Shown in pieces: positions 27,988 to 37,441 of a DNA stretch of 64,000 nt; within the stretch, counting starts at the first letter, position 1; every line of letters begins with the position of its first letter. Source of the stretch: Thermoanaerobaculia bacterium (lineage in GTDB: Bacteria > Acidobacteriota > Thermoanaerobaculia > Multivoradales > J023). The stretch is taken from positions 468,613-532,612 of the forward strand of contig JAUIJL010000006.1 in NCBI GenBank assembly GCA_030431255.1. Direction: 5' to 3'. The position numbers were made by a program, and so were the translations under genes. The notes below the pieces were generated by a model. It did no database searches and was not told the DNA's origin. It saw only the letters and a program-made list of their open reading frames with translations.

Positions 27988-28427
27988 CGGTGTACGTCCC
28001 TGTGGTAGCGATCGTCGCCGAATTCTTTGAGACGATCCATAAGCACTGAAATGAAGAGCAGCACAAAGGCGCCCGGCATGCCGAGCACCAAGAAGATCTC
28101 AAATGGATCCCCGGACCTGGAGACGAAGGTCCACAACGCGTAAGCGGTGACCACCGTCAGCCAGGAGCTGAGAAGAATCCAGCCGAGGGTTCGGCTGAAT
28201 AGGCTGCCCCGAGTTTTGGGTAGCTCGGGCCAGACGTCGTCGGCCGGCGGGGTGAAGCGGGTGGTGAGGGCCGACTCGCGCAGGAGCCGCATTTCCTTCA
28301 GCAGCCGGCGATATTCCGGGTTTTCCTCGAGCAGGATCCGTACCCGCTGCATATCCCGGTGGGGAAGGGTGCCGTCGAGGAAGCCTGATAACAGCTCTTC
28401 GTCAAAAGATGGAGAGGATTGGGCCAT
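27984..28427 (-). CDS. Putative membrane-bound anti-sigma factor
   Basis: Located 22 nt downstream of the ECF sigma gene. N-terminal LLSGFLDGTLPHRDMQRV resembles anti-sigma N-terminal helices. Two C-terminal hydrophobic helices are present, but no H-x3-C-x2-C zinc motif. Confidence 0.6.
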   Translation of the reverse strand: MAQSSPSFDEELLSGFLDGTLPHRDMQRVRILLEENPEYRRLLKEMRLLRESALTTRFTPPADDVWPELPKTRGSLFSRTLGWILLSSWLTVVTAYALWTFVSRSGDPFEIFLVLGMPGAFVLLFISVLMDRLKEFGDDRYHRDVHR

Positions 28428-28449
28428 AGGTGCCCTCCTTCCGACAGGT

Positions 28450-29073
28450 TCAGTTCAGAATCTCTTCCAAGTCGGCTTGGAGGATCTTCCGAAGTCTCTT
28501 TCGGGCGCCGTGAAGACGAGACATCACGGTGCCGATGGGAATGTTCAACGTTTCGGCGATTTCCGAGTAGGCTAAATCCTGGTAGTCCCTCAACACGATG
28601 ATCTCCCGTTGGGCCTGGGAGAGCTGTTGCAACGACAGCCAGATGCGTTTTTGCAGCTGGGCTCTTGAAGCGTCTCGCTCCAGATCCACGGTTTCGTCCA
28701 CCAATTGAAGATCGGCGCGTTCGTCGTCTTGCTCGGCGTCGTCGATGGAATCGTGTTTTCGGACTTTGCGACGGCGGAACAAATCGAGCACACGATTGCG
28801 AACGATTTGGAACAGCCAGGGCCGCACCGGACGGCTGACGTCGAAACGATGCAGGTGTTTAAAGAAACGCAACATGGCGTCCTGCGCCACGTCGAGAGCA
28901 TCGTCGCGATTGCCGAGCAGTTGGAGAGCCAGGAAAAAGGCCGGGTCCCGATGGCGGTGCGCAAGCTCTTCCTGAGCGGCGACGTCACCCTTGCGGGCAC
29001 GACGCACGAGCTCAGCCTCGGAGCAAGAGCCGATCGGTTCAACGGCGGATGAGAGGGGCATCAGGGCTTCCAC
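28450..29073 (-). CDS. ECF-type RNA polymerase sigma-70 family factor
   Basis: Region 2 DALDVAQDAMLRFFKHLHRFDVSRPVRPWLFQIVRNRVLDLFRR and region 4 REIIVLRDYQDLAYSEIAETLNIPIGTVMSRLHGARKRL. The start may be the second ATG at 29061. Confidence 0.9.
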   Translation of the reverse strand: MEALMPLSSAVEPIGSCSEAELVRRARKGDVAAQEELAHRHRDPAFFLALQLLGNRDDALDVAQDAMLRFFKHLHRFDVSRPVRPWLFQIVRNRVLDLFRRRKVRKHDSIDDAEQDDERADLQLVDETVDLERDASRAQLQKRIWLSLQQLSQAQREIIVLRDYQDLAYSEIAETLNIPIGTVMSRLHGARKRLRKILQADLEEILN

Positions 29074-29217
29074 ATGTCACGTTACGCAGGGTAAGGTGCC
29101 TTATTCGATCGGCATTCTACTTTTTTCTGAGATCCCCGTCTTTCTTCTTCAGATTTGCTCTTATGGGCCGCTAGAAAAGCCGGGAAAAGCGCTTGGGTCA
29201 TCGGCTCGGAGGTTCTT

Positions 29218-30132
29218 GTGGTCGACTTCTCAATCATTATTCCGACCTATAACCGCATGGACGTGTTGCCCGAGGTCTTGGAGGCCTTGGAGCAACAAGA
29301 GGACGCCCCGCCTTTTGAGGTCCTGGTGATCGACGACGGCTCGACCGACGAAACCTGGGATTGGCTAAGCCGGCGGCAATCCTCGGTACCCCTGATTGTG
29401 CACCGTCAAGAGAATTCTGGGCCCGCCGCCGCCCGCAATTGGGGTGTGATGCAGGCTCGAGGGGGCCGAGTGGCCTTTCTCGGTGACGACACTGTCCCTT
29501 CCACAGGATGGTTGGCCGCCCACGCGCGGGCAGCGGATGCCCGTCCCGGGCATGATCGGCTGGCCGTGATCGGTTATACAGGCTGGCATGCGCGCATGAG
29601 GCTGAACCCCTTTTTGCGCTATATCAATGAGCATGGGCTGCAATTCGGTTATGCCTTGATCGACCAGCCCGAGGACGTTCCGTTCAACTTTCTATACACC
29701 TCGAATCTGTCCCTGCCCCGTGAATGCCTTCTGGAGGAGCCCTTCGATTTGAGCTTTCCCTACGCTGCCTGGGAAGACATAGAGCTCAGCTACAGGCTGA
29801 AAAAGAGGGGCTTGCGACTGGTCTACGAGCCGAGCGCCACCGTCGCCCATGATCACCCGACGAGCCTGACCCGCTTTATGGGCCGGCAGGAAAAGGCCGG
29901 CTTCTCGGCTGTTGTATTCTTTAACCTACACCCAGAGCTGGGTTCGTTCCTCGGTGTGGGCCCCAGCGGTCCTCCGCCCCTCCCGTCGCGACTTCGTCAA
30001 GCACTCTTGGCCGGCTTGGCGCGCGCTTTGCAATACACATCCTTGCGAACCCCACGCCTGTGGGAAACCGTCCTCCGATTTCACTACATCGAAGGGCTGC
30101 ACCGCGGGTGGAGGGCCAAAGGAGGAGAATGA
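29218..30132 (+). CDS. Glycosyltransferase family 2
   Basis: FSIIIPTYNRMDVLPEVLEAL and VLVIDDGSTDET. Start placed at the GTG just before the conserved strand; ORF-track start 29155 is an alternative. Confidence 0.8.
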   Translation: MVDFSIIIPTYNRMDVLPEVLEALEQQEDAPPFEVLVIDDGSTDETWDWLSRRQSSVPLIVHRQENSGPAAARNWGVMQARGGRVAFLGDDTVPSTGWLAAHARAADARPGHDRLAVIGYTGWHARMRLNPFLRYINEHGLQFGYALIDQPEDVPFNFLYTSNLSLPRECLLEEPFDLSFPYAAWEDIELSYRLKKRGLRLVYEPSATVAHDHPTSLTRFMGRQEKAGFSAVVFFNLHPELGSFLGVGPSGPPPLPSRLRQALLAGLARALQYTSLRTPRLWETVLRFHYIEGLHRGWRAKGGE

Positions 30133-31499
30133 ACATGAGAAAAAAGAGTCTACAGATCCTGCCCCTCGCCGCAGCGGGGCTGGCTTGGATGGTGCTCGCC
30201 GCCTTCCCGGTCGCGGTACAGGGGCAGATGGTGGAGAAGCAAAGCTCAACCTCTTCGGGGTCGAGCGGTAGCTCCAAATCCAGCGCGGCCAGCGGCTCAT
30301 CCAGCAGAAGCAGCGCACCGGCAAGAAGCGCCGGCAGATCCCAGAGCCCGCGATCTTCGGGAAGCGGTTCCTCGAGCGCCCGATCCTCGAGCAGCCGCCC
30401 CCGGGGTAGCTCAGGGTCCCAGGCGCCGGCGACTCGCAGGTCACGCCCGAGCAGTGACGGCGGGTCACAGGCGAGTCGAGGAAACAGCTCGTCCGACAGC
30501 CGGGTCCGAAGCACGCCATCGGCACCGCGGCACCGACCCGGTGGTCGGAGCTACGAGGACTACCGGGCCACCAGGCAAGTGGACGACATCGACAAACGGC
30601 ACCGCCGGACGCGCTCTTACCAGCACCGGGATCGTCACCGCGACGATCGCCACGAGCGGCGTCGAAGCTCCCGCCGGCACCACTACTACAATTACCATCA
30701 CAACCATCGCAACTACTACGGCGGACATCACGGCTACTACTCTTATCCGTACCGCTATCCGTATTTCTCGTATTACGGCGCCTTCGGCTTCTGGAGCCCT
30801 TGGTTCGATTATGATTGGGGCTGGGGAAGATACCCCTACCGTCGACCGGTTACGGTGTACATCAGCGACTATGACAACGGCCGCGTAGGAGCTTTGGATC
30901 TGGACGTCTCGCCGGAGAAGGCACAGATCTTCATCGACGGCAATTACGTGGGAGTGGCGGACGAATATGATGGATTCCCTGCTTTCTTGTGGCTTGAAGA
31001 AGGGACTTACGACGTCGCCATTTACAAGTCGGGATACGAGACGATTTTTCGCCAATACTCGATTTATCCCGGAGTGATCATCGATGTCGAGGATCGTATG
31101 CAGCCGGGCGAAGCCATCCACCCGGATGAGCACGTCTCCAAGTCGACCGTCAATCGTGACGAGCGCATTCGACGCAACCGTGAGCGAGAGGCGGCAGTCG
31201 AGGCGCGCAAGCGGGAATCCGAGGAAAGAGATCGACCAACGGTCGGAAGCCCGATGGAAGAATCCAGCGACATCGGTCGAATGGTTCTGGATATCTTCCC
31301 GCCCGACGCCGCGGTCTATTTGGATGGGATCTTCTTGGGCACCGCCGAGGAAGTGACCGGGCTCACCGCGGGCCTAGTGGTCGACCCGGGGGAGCATCTG
31401 CTCGAAGTGGCTCGTCCGGGATTCGAATCCCGGGAGATCGAGCTCAACGTGGCCGGAGGAGAGCGGATCGACTTGACCGTGGAGCTCGACAGGAACTGA
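30129..31499 (+). CDS. Secreted protein with Ser/Arg-rich and His/Tyr/aromatic-rich low-complexity region followed by two PEGA domains
   Basis: ATG 30129 overlaps the GT2 stop (ATGA) and follows GGAGGAG. Signal peptide ends PVAVQGQ. PEGA-like modules are LDLDVSPEKAQIFIDGNYVG..GTYDVAIYKSGYE and LDIFPPDAAVYLDGIFLG..GEHLLEVARPGFE. Confidence 0.8.
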   Translation: MNMRKKSLQILPLAAAGLAWMVLAAFPVAVQGQMVEKQSSTSSGSSGSSKSSAASGSSSRSSAPARSAGRSQSPRSSGSGSSSARSSSSRPRGSSGSQAPATRRSRPSSDGGSQASRGNSSSDSRVRSTPSAPRHRPGGRSYEDYRATRQVDDIDKRHRRTRSYQHRDRHRDDRHERRRSSRRHHYYNYHHNHRNYYGGHHGYYSYPYRYPYFSYYGAFGFWSPWFDYDWGWGRYPYRRPVTVYISDYDNGRVGALDLDVSPEKAQIFIDGNYVGVADEYDGFPAFLWLEEGTYDVAIYKSGYETIFRQYSIYPGVIIDVEDRMQPGEAIHPDEHVSKSTVNRDERIRRNREREAAVEARKRESEERDRPTVGSPMEESSDIGRMVLDIFPPDAAVYLDGIFLGTAEEVTGLTAGLVVDPGEHLLEVARPGFESREIELNVAGGERIDLTVELDRN

Positions 31500-31542
31500 C
31501 CAGCAGCTGCCGACGGCCCGAGCCCGACGGACAGCAGATCAA

Positions 31543-32544
31543 TTATTGGATCTCTCCGAAGCCCTCCACGGCGTATTGCGCCCGTGCGAGGGCTTCTTCC
31601 ATCTTCTGCAGATCTTCGGCATTGGGAAGTCGGCCGGTCGGCATTTGGTTCTGACCAGCGCGGATCGCTGTTTCCAACCTGTAAATCGCTTCCATGAGAT
31701 CGCCGGTGGCCGAAGAGTCCGGGCGATCGGGTAGGAGCTCCCCGATGCTCTCCAGCTCGGCTTGCCACTCTTGCGCGGATTCTTGCCACCGGCTCAGAAG
31801 GTCTCGCCGCGCCAGCTGATCCCGCTCGAGGTTGCCGATCCCCTCGTTTTCCTCGATCGTATCCTCCGCCTCTGTGATGCCGGAGCCGATATGTCGCAGC
31901 AGCTCGTCGGCCGCGTCTCGATAGACGGCAAAGGTCACCTCGCTGCTGGGTTTGAGGGTGGCGGGCCTTCTGAACCATTTAGCGGATTGGAAAGAGCGTC
32001 CTCGCAGCTGGATCCACTTCGTCTGTACGGACTCGAGATCTTCGAGCCTGAATTCATCGGCCTTGATCGATGCCGAGAGCTCCTCAAGATCCGCGGCGAG
32101 CGCCTCCTGTCGAGCTTCCTGGGAGGATTTTAAGAGCTCCGACATGCGGTCGATTTCGAAAATCAGACCGTTGACGACGTCCTCGAAGGAGTCGGTGTCG
32201 GAAGGCTCGAAGAGTGCGATTTCTAGGCGAATCAGCTGAGATTGCATGGACTCGGGGTCGATCCGGACCCCCGATTGGGCTTGGTCGTCTTGATCCTCGT
32301 CACCAGGGAAGGTGTCGGTAATCTCCTCGCCTTCGTCACGATAAAGCGCCGGTCCGAAAATCTGAAAAGCGACCAGGGCAATTCCCAGCAGACAAAGAAG
32401 CACCATGATGAATTGCGGCCCACCCGGGCCTGAATCCACGTCGAGCTTGCGAAAGCCCTTCTTTTCCGCCAAAAACTTGTCGCGGGCTTCGAAGTACTTC
32501 CGCCTCTTTTCAGAAAGCGTTGGGCCGGGCTCAAAGTCGTCCAT
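31543..32544 (-). CDS. Hypothetical membrane-anchored acidic protein
   Basis: 333-aa ORF with a single helix FIMVLLCLLGIALVAFQIF after a basic N-terminus, followed by an acidic helix-rich region. No family recognised. Confidence 0.6.
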   Translation of the reverse strand: MDDFEPGPTLSEKRRKYFEARDKFLAEKKGFRKLDVDSGPGGPQFIMVLLCLLGIALVAFQIFGPALYRDEGEEITDTFPGDEDQDDQAQSGVRIDPESMQSQLIRLEIALFEPSDTDSFEDVVNGLIFEIDRMSELLKSSQEARQEALAADLEELSASIKADEFRLEDLESVQTKWIQLRGRSFQSAKWFRRPATLKPSSEVTFAVYRDAADELLRHIGSGITEAEDTIEENEGIGNLERDQLARRDLLSRWQESAQEWQAELESIGELLPDRPDSSATGDLMEAIYRLETAIRAGQNQMPTGRLPNAEDLQKMEEALARAQYAVEGFGEIQ

Positions 32545-32604
32545 GTCTTGGTCCTAGCTTGGTTAGGGCCTATTTCTTTAGGTTCGGCTTCAAGTTTAGC
32601 AGGC

Positions 32605-33357
32605 TCAGCGGTGCGAGCTCGCGCAGATCCGAATTTCGAGCCGGGTCCAACGGGTCCCCATCAGGGACACGGCCAAGTCAGCGTCTCCGGCAAAACGTCG
32701 CTTTTCCAGAATCCGCGCATTGACTTGAAAGCGAGTCGACCCGGCCAGCGGCAAGGGGTCGAGAAAAACGGTGGAGTAGATGGCGCCCCCAGGAGCTTCC
32801 GGACGCGGGTGAATGAGGAGCCCATGCTCCTCCACCTCTCGATCACGTCGAGCACAAGCGGCGAGGGAAATGTTGTCGGCGAGGTTCAGCCAACGATATC
32901 CGGCGTCCAAGTCGTCGGCGGACCAGCCGCCAGCGCTCGCCAGCTCGGCTTCCAGATTTTGCCAAGCCTCCAAGGCTTCCTGCCATTCGGCTTGACCTCG
33001 ATGGGAGCGATGGAGGTGCAAAGCGTGTCTGGTGATCCAAAGGGCGGCCAGTGGATACTCGGAAGTATGCCTCCGGGTGCCTAGATGCCAAAGCTCCTGG
33101 CGGACAGCCGTCGGAATGCTGATGAAATCGTGGGGCCGGCCGTGCTCGTCCACCATCGGCGCCGAGTCGATTTCGGCCCAGCCGTTGTCGTGCTCTCGGG
33201 TGGCGAAGATCAGCTCGTCGCGCCAAGGAAAGTCCGGCGGTATTCGTTGACCCGGCAGATCCCGACACCACAGCTTCAACAGCTCCGCCGCCAAACGGGC
33301 GTGGTCGATTTGTTGGATCAAAACCAGGTGGTCGGGACCGTACGGAGCGACGATCAT
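32605..33357 (-). CDS. Hypothetical protein, DUF3891-like
   Basis: 250-aa ORF. The N-terminal LVLIQQIDHARLAAELLKLW and ATREHDNGW pattern recalls DUF3891; assignment is tentative. Confidence 0.45.
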   Translation of the reverse strand: MIVAPYGPDHLVLIQQIDHARLAAELLKLWCRDLPGQRIPPDFPWRDELIFATREHDNGWAEIDSAPMVDEHGRPHDFISIPTAVRQELWHLGTRRHTSEYPLAALWITRHALHLHRSHRGQAEWQEALEAWQNLEAELASAGGWSADDLDAGYRWLNLADNISLAACARRDREVEEHGLLIHPRPEAPGGAIYSTVFLDPLPLAGSTRFQVNARILEKRRFAGDADLAVSLMGTRWTRLEIRICASSHR

Positions 33358-33458
33358 AGAAGCAGCCTCGGAGAGATGAAACCGAAATGCATCGGCATGT
33401 AGGTTGGATCTGCGCTCGGATTCGACAAGCGCGGTCCTCCCGTGATTAGACTTACCAT

Positions 33459-35732
33459 ATGACGAAAAATGAAGCTCAAGAAGCGCTCGATTACCACTCC
33501 AAAGGGCGCAAAGGAAAGCTGGAGGTGGTGCCCACCAAACCCACCGCCACCCAAAAAGATTTGTCGTTGGCCTACTCGCCCGGGGTCGCCCAGCCCTGCT
33601 TGGAGATCGAAAAGGACCCCTTGAAGGCTTTCGACTACACCGCCCGCGGCAACCTGGTCGCTGTAATTTCCAACGGCACCGCCGTCCTGGGGCTGGGCAA
33701 TATCGGTCCGTTGGCCAGCAAGCCGGTGATGGAAGGCAAGGCCGTGTTGTTCAAGCGGTTTGCCGACATCGATGTATTCGACCTCGAGGTCGATACCCAG
33801 GACGTGGACGAATTCGTGCGTACGGTCAAGCTGCTTGAGCCGAGCTTCGGCGGGGTCAACCTGGAGGACATCAAGGCTCCGGAGTGTTTCGAAATCGAGG
33901 AACGGCTCAAGAAAGAGCTCAAGATTCCAGCGTTTCATGACGACCAGCACGGCACGGCGATCATTTCCTCGGCGGCGTTGATCAACGCGCTCCAGCTGGT
34001 GGGCAAAGAGGCCGGTGACCTGAGCATGGTGATCTCCGGCGCTGGGGCCGCGGCGGTCGCTTGTCGGGAGCTGTACGTTCGCATGGGGGTGGATCCATCT
34101 CGGATTATTGTTTGCGACAGCAAGGGCGTGATCTACAAAGCTCGAACCGAGCGGATGGACGGCATCAAAGAGGGACTGGCCGTCGACACCGAGGCTCGAA
34201 CCCTCGCCGACGCCATGGTGGATGCGGACGTATTCATCGGACTGTCGGTCAAGGGCTTGGTTTCCCAAGACATGCTCCGGTCCATGGCCGACGACCCGAT
34301 CGTCTTCGCCCTGGCCAACCCCGACCCGGAGATCTCCTATCCCGATGCCCGGGCCGCCCGCGACGACGTGATCATGGCCACGGGCCGCAGTGACTATCCG
34401 AATCAAGTCAACAATGTTTTGGGGTTCCCCTTCATCTTCCGCGGGGCTTTGGATGTCCGGGCCACGGACATCAACGAGGAGATGAAGATGGCGGCGGTTC
34501 AAGCCCTGGCGGAGATGGCCCAGGAGGACGTGCCGGATTCCGTGCTGAAAGCCTACGGCTTGGGCCGATTGGAATTCGGGCGAGAGTATTTGATCCCCAA
34601 ACCCTTCGACCACCGAGTGTTGCTACGGGTGGCCCCGGCGGTGGCCAAAGCGGCCATGGAAACCGGGGTCGCGCGGGTCCAGATCGAAGATTTAGAGGCC
34701 TATGCCCGCCATCTCGAGACCCTGATCTCGCGTCGCTTCGAGCTGATGCGCGGTTTGCTGGACCGGGCCCGGCGTGATCCGCGCCGGATCGTGTTCGCCG
34801 AGGGAGAGCACCCGAAAATCCTACGGGCGGCGAAGGCTCTCGCGGACCGGGGTATCGCCGACCCAGTGCTCTTGGCGCGCCGAGACGCGGTGTCGGACAT
34901 GCTGGACCAATTGGATCTGTCCGGTGACGAGGTCACTCTGATCCACAGCTTGGATTCCGATAATCGGGAAACCTTCGAGCGCTACGCACGGGAGCTGCAC
35001 CAGCGCCGTCGACGGGACGGTGTGACCTACGAAGACGCCCTCAAGCTGATGCGCTCCCGCAACTACTACGGGGCCATGATGGTGGAGCTGGGAGAGGCTG
35101 ATGGATTGATTTCAGGGCTCACCACCCACTACAACGAAACGGTGCGTCCGGCACTACAAATCGTCGGATTGCAGGATGAGGTACGTCGAGTCTCCGGCGC
35201 CTACATCCTGATGTTTCGGGATCGGGTGTTGTTCCTGGCCGACACCACGGTGAATATCGATCCCACGGCCGAGGAGCTCGCCGAAATCGCAGTGTTGACC
35301 GCCAACTTCGCCCGACGCTTCCGCATCGAGCCTCGGGTCGCCATGTTGTCGTTCTCTAATTTCGGCTCCAACCACCACCCCAGCGCGATCAAGGTGCGCC
35401 GAGCCGTCGAGCACGTGCATCGGTTGGATCCGGAGCTCGAGGTGGACGGTGAAATGCAGGCCGACACCGCGGTGCTCGGCTCAATTTTGGAAGAATCCTA
35501 CCCCTGGTCCCGGCTGAAAGAGCCGGCCAATGTGTTGATCTTCCCGGAGCTGCAGAGTGCCAATATCGCCTACAAGCTGCTGTGGCGGCTCGCGGACGTG
35601 GAAGCCATCGGACCCATTCTGCTTGGGATGGAAAAACCCGTGCACGTGTTGCAAAGGGGTGTTGAGGTGGCGGACATCGTCAACATGACCGCCATCGCGG
35701 TGGTGGACGCCCACGAGCGAGACGAAGAGTAG
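33459..35732 (+). CDS. maeB: NADP-dependent malic enzyme (malic enzyme domain fused to phosphotransacetylase-like domain)
   Basis: 757 aa. [57 protein letters not shown] and the C-terminal PTA-like domain ([17 protein letters not shown]) are present. Confidence 0.95.
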   Translation: MTKNEAQEALDYHSKGRKGKLEVVPTKPTATQKDLSLAYSPGVAQPCLEIEKDPLKAFDYTARGNLVAVISNGTAVLGLGNIGPLASKPVMEGKAVLFKRFADIDVFDLEVDTQDVDEFVRTVKLLEPSFGGVNLEDIKAPECFEIEERLKKELKIPAFHDDQHGTAIISSAALINALQLVGKEAGDLSMVISGAGAAAVACRELYVRMGVDPSRIIVCDSKGVIYKARTERMDGIKEGLAVDTEARTLADAMVDADVFIGLSVKGLVSQDMLRSMADDPIVFALANPDPEISYPDARAARDDVIMATGRSDYPNQVNNVLGFPFIFRGALDVRATDINEEMKMAAVQALAEMAQEDVPDSVLKAYGLGRLEFGREYLIPKPFDHRVLLRVAPAVAKAAMETGVARVQIEDLEAYARHLETLISRRFELMRGLLDRARRDPRRIVFAEGEHPKILRAAKALADRGIADPVLLARRDAVSDMLDQLDLSGDEVTLIHSLDSDNRETFERYARELHQRRRRDGVTYEDALKLMRSRNYYGAMMVELGEADGLISGLTTHYNETVRPALQIVGLQDEVRRVSGAYILMFRDRVLFLADTTVNIDPTAEELAEIAVLTANFARRFRIEPRVAMLSFSNFGSNHHPSAIKVRRAVEHVHRLDPELEVDGEMQADTAVLGSILEESYPWSRLKEPANVLIFPELQSANIAYKLLWRLADVEAIGPILLGMEKPVHVLQRGVEVADIVNMTAIAVVDAHERDEE

Positions 35733-36034
35733 GGGTCAGGAGGGACTTCTAAGAGAGATCCGAAATCTCCTTGTCCGATTCGGCCGGATTCTTTCGTTAG
35801 AATAGGTGGGCTGCCCCAACATGAGCCACCCACGTGAGCCCGAGCCGTCAGCGAGCCTGAGCCACGAGTGAGCCGCAAGGGTAACCTAGTTGGGACCGTC
35901 CGGTGTCCCGGTGAGAATTGGCCGTCCGTGGAGCTTTCCGCCGTCGATGTCACGCATCGGTCTTTTTCGGTACGTCTCACCCGCCGGCCTGAAGTCGGCG
36001 TTGCAGCTTTTCAACAGCTACTGGAGGATCGAGA

Positions 36035-36640
36035 ATGAAGCGCTGTATTTCCGTAGTTCTTTTTGCCCTTCTCTTGGTGTCTGCTTGGGCGCCTTTGGCG
36101 ATGGCAGCCGGTAAAGACAAACCGCGCATCGCCGTGCTGAAGTTTGAGAACAAGGCCGACAATCAATATTGGTGGCACGGTGGCGCCGAGGCCATGCAAG
36201 ATGTCTTCGTGACCGAGCTGGTCAAGAGCGGCAAATTCCGCGTTATCGACCGCGAGCGCCTGGACGCGCTCATGGCGGAGAAGAACCTCTCCGTGTCCGG
36301 CGCGTTGGATCCGGCCACGGCAGTCCGCGCGGGCAAGCTGCTGGGTGTTGAGTACTTTCTGACCGGCGCGATTACCGAATACGGCGCCGAGGAAGCGGGC
36401 GGCTCGGGTTTCGGCATCTCCGTGAAGCGCAAGAAGTTCGTGGCAGCCGCCAATGCCCGAATCATCGATACCGAAACCGGTGAGATCCTCTGGGCTGACG
36501 AGGCCCGCGGCGAGGAGAAATCCGCCAAGGTCCGCGTCCGTGGAATCGGCGGCGGTGTCGACGATCGCCGCATGTTCGACAAGGTCATGAAGCCGGTCGT
36601 GGCCGAGCTCGCGGCGAGCATCAAAGCCGCCGACCTCTGA
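36035..36640 (+). CDS. CsgG/HfaB family protein
   Basis: Signal peptide ending LAMAAG, then PRIAVLKFENKAD..AMQDVFVTELVKSGKFRVIDRERLDALMAEKNLSVSG..AGKLLGVEYFLTGAITEYG, the typical CsgG-family core. There is no lipobox Cys. Confidence 0.75.
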   Translation: MKRCISVVLFALLLVSAWAPLAMAAGKDKPRIAVLKFENKADNQYWWHGGAEAMQDVFVTELVKSGKFRVIDRERLDALMAEKNLSVSGALDPATAVRAGKLLGVEYFLTGAITEYGAEEAGGSGFGISVKRKKFVAAANARIIDTETGEILWADEARGEEKSAKVRVRGIGGGVDDRRMFDKVMKPVVAELAASIKAADL

Positions 36641-36697
36641 TCTCAGCCAGCTGGATCCCAGATAGCGGGATCTCAGCAAGCGGGCCGCGGGCCCGAC

Positions 36698-36732
36698 AAG
36701 AAAAAGCCCGGTGTGTAGCCGGGCTTTTTCTT
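36698..36732. terminator. Bidirectional intrinsic terminator between convergent csgG-like and lytTR genes
   Basis: AAGAAAAAGCCCGG-tgtgta-GCCGGGCTTTTTCTT: a GC stem flanked by an A-run and a T-run. Confidence 0.8.
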
Positions 36733-36745
36733 GCTCGAGATGCTC

Positions 36746-37441
36746 CTAAATCCACCGCCGGCGCAAAGCCGGGAGGCGGGTTCTGCCCACTGGAATTTCC
36801 TGACCGCTTTCGAGCTCGAGGAAGTAGCGGCTGCCCGGCTCGTTGTCGAGGCGTCTGACATCGCGCAAATTCACCAAGTAGGAGCGGTGGACTCGCAGAA
36901 AATGCTCCGGTAGGAGATCCTCCAGCTTGGACAGGGTCTTGTCGTGCAAGGCGACCTGACCGTCTCGTGTGTGGATCTCGGCGTAGTCGTCGGCTGCCTG
37001 GATGAATGAGACCTGATCGATTGGGATCAGGTGGGTGGAGCCGGAGCGGCGAATGGCCAGGTAGCGCAGGGAGCGAGGGCCCGTGTCATGCCGTCGGGCG
37101 CGATCGAGCGCCAATCTGAGACGTTTGCGGGAAAAAGGCTTGGGCACAAAATCGAGCACACCCAGCTCGAAAGCTTCCACAGCTCTTTCCGTGTGGGCCG
37201 AAACCACGACCGTGTGAAAAGAGCTTGCCACCACCTGTCGAAGGAGCTCGAAGCCGTCTTGTCCGTGAAGATTCAGGTCAAGAAAGAGTAGGTCCACGGG
37301 CGCTTCCGCCAAGCGGTCGACTGCGTCGTGGAGAAGTCCTTGGACTTCAAGGTGCTCCAGCTCTTCGCCGGCGATGTCTCGGATCATCCGGGCAAGTCGC
37401 CGGGCGACCACCGCCTCGTCCTCAACCACTAGGACGCGCAT
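36746..37441 (-). CDS. LytR/AlgR family response regulator (REC + LytTR)
   Basis: REC domain MRVLVVEDE..DLLFLDLNLHGQDGFEL. C-terminal LytTR region IPIDQVSFIQAADDYAEIHT..FLRVHRSYLVNL. Confidence 0.92.
   Translation of the reverse strand: MRVLVVEDEAVVARRLARMIRDIAGEELEHLEVQGLLHDAVDRLAEAPVDLLFLDLNLHGQDGFELLRQVVASSFHTVVVSAHTERAVEAFELGVLDFVPKPFSRKRLRLALDRARRHDTGPRSLRYLAIRRSGSTHLIPIDQVSFIQAADDYAEIHTRDGQVALHDKTLSKLEDLLPEHFLRVHRSYLVNLRDVRRLDNEPGSRYFLELESGQEIPVGRTRLPALRRRWI

Noticed and set aside
29074-29217. ECF-type promoter on the plus strand that would place GT2-PEGA directly under the divergent sigma factor.
   Set aside because: No GAAC/GAAT-N16-17-CGT(A/C) arrangement was found on the plus strand. 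Only the minus-strand (autoregulatory) candidate is reported.
33354-34613. 419-aa antisense ORF opposite maeB.
   Set aside because: Shadow ORF; the sense strand encodes a full-length, motif-complete malic enzyme.
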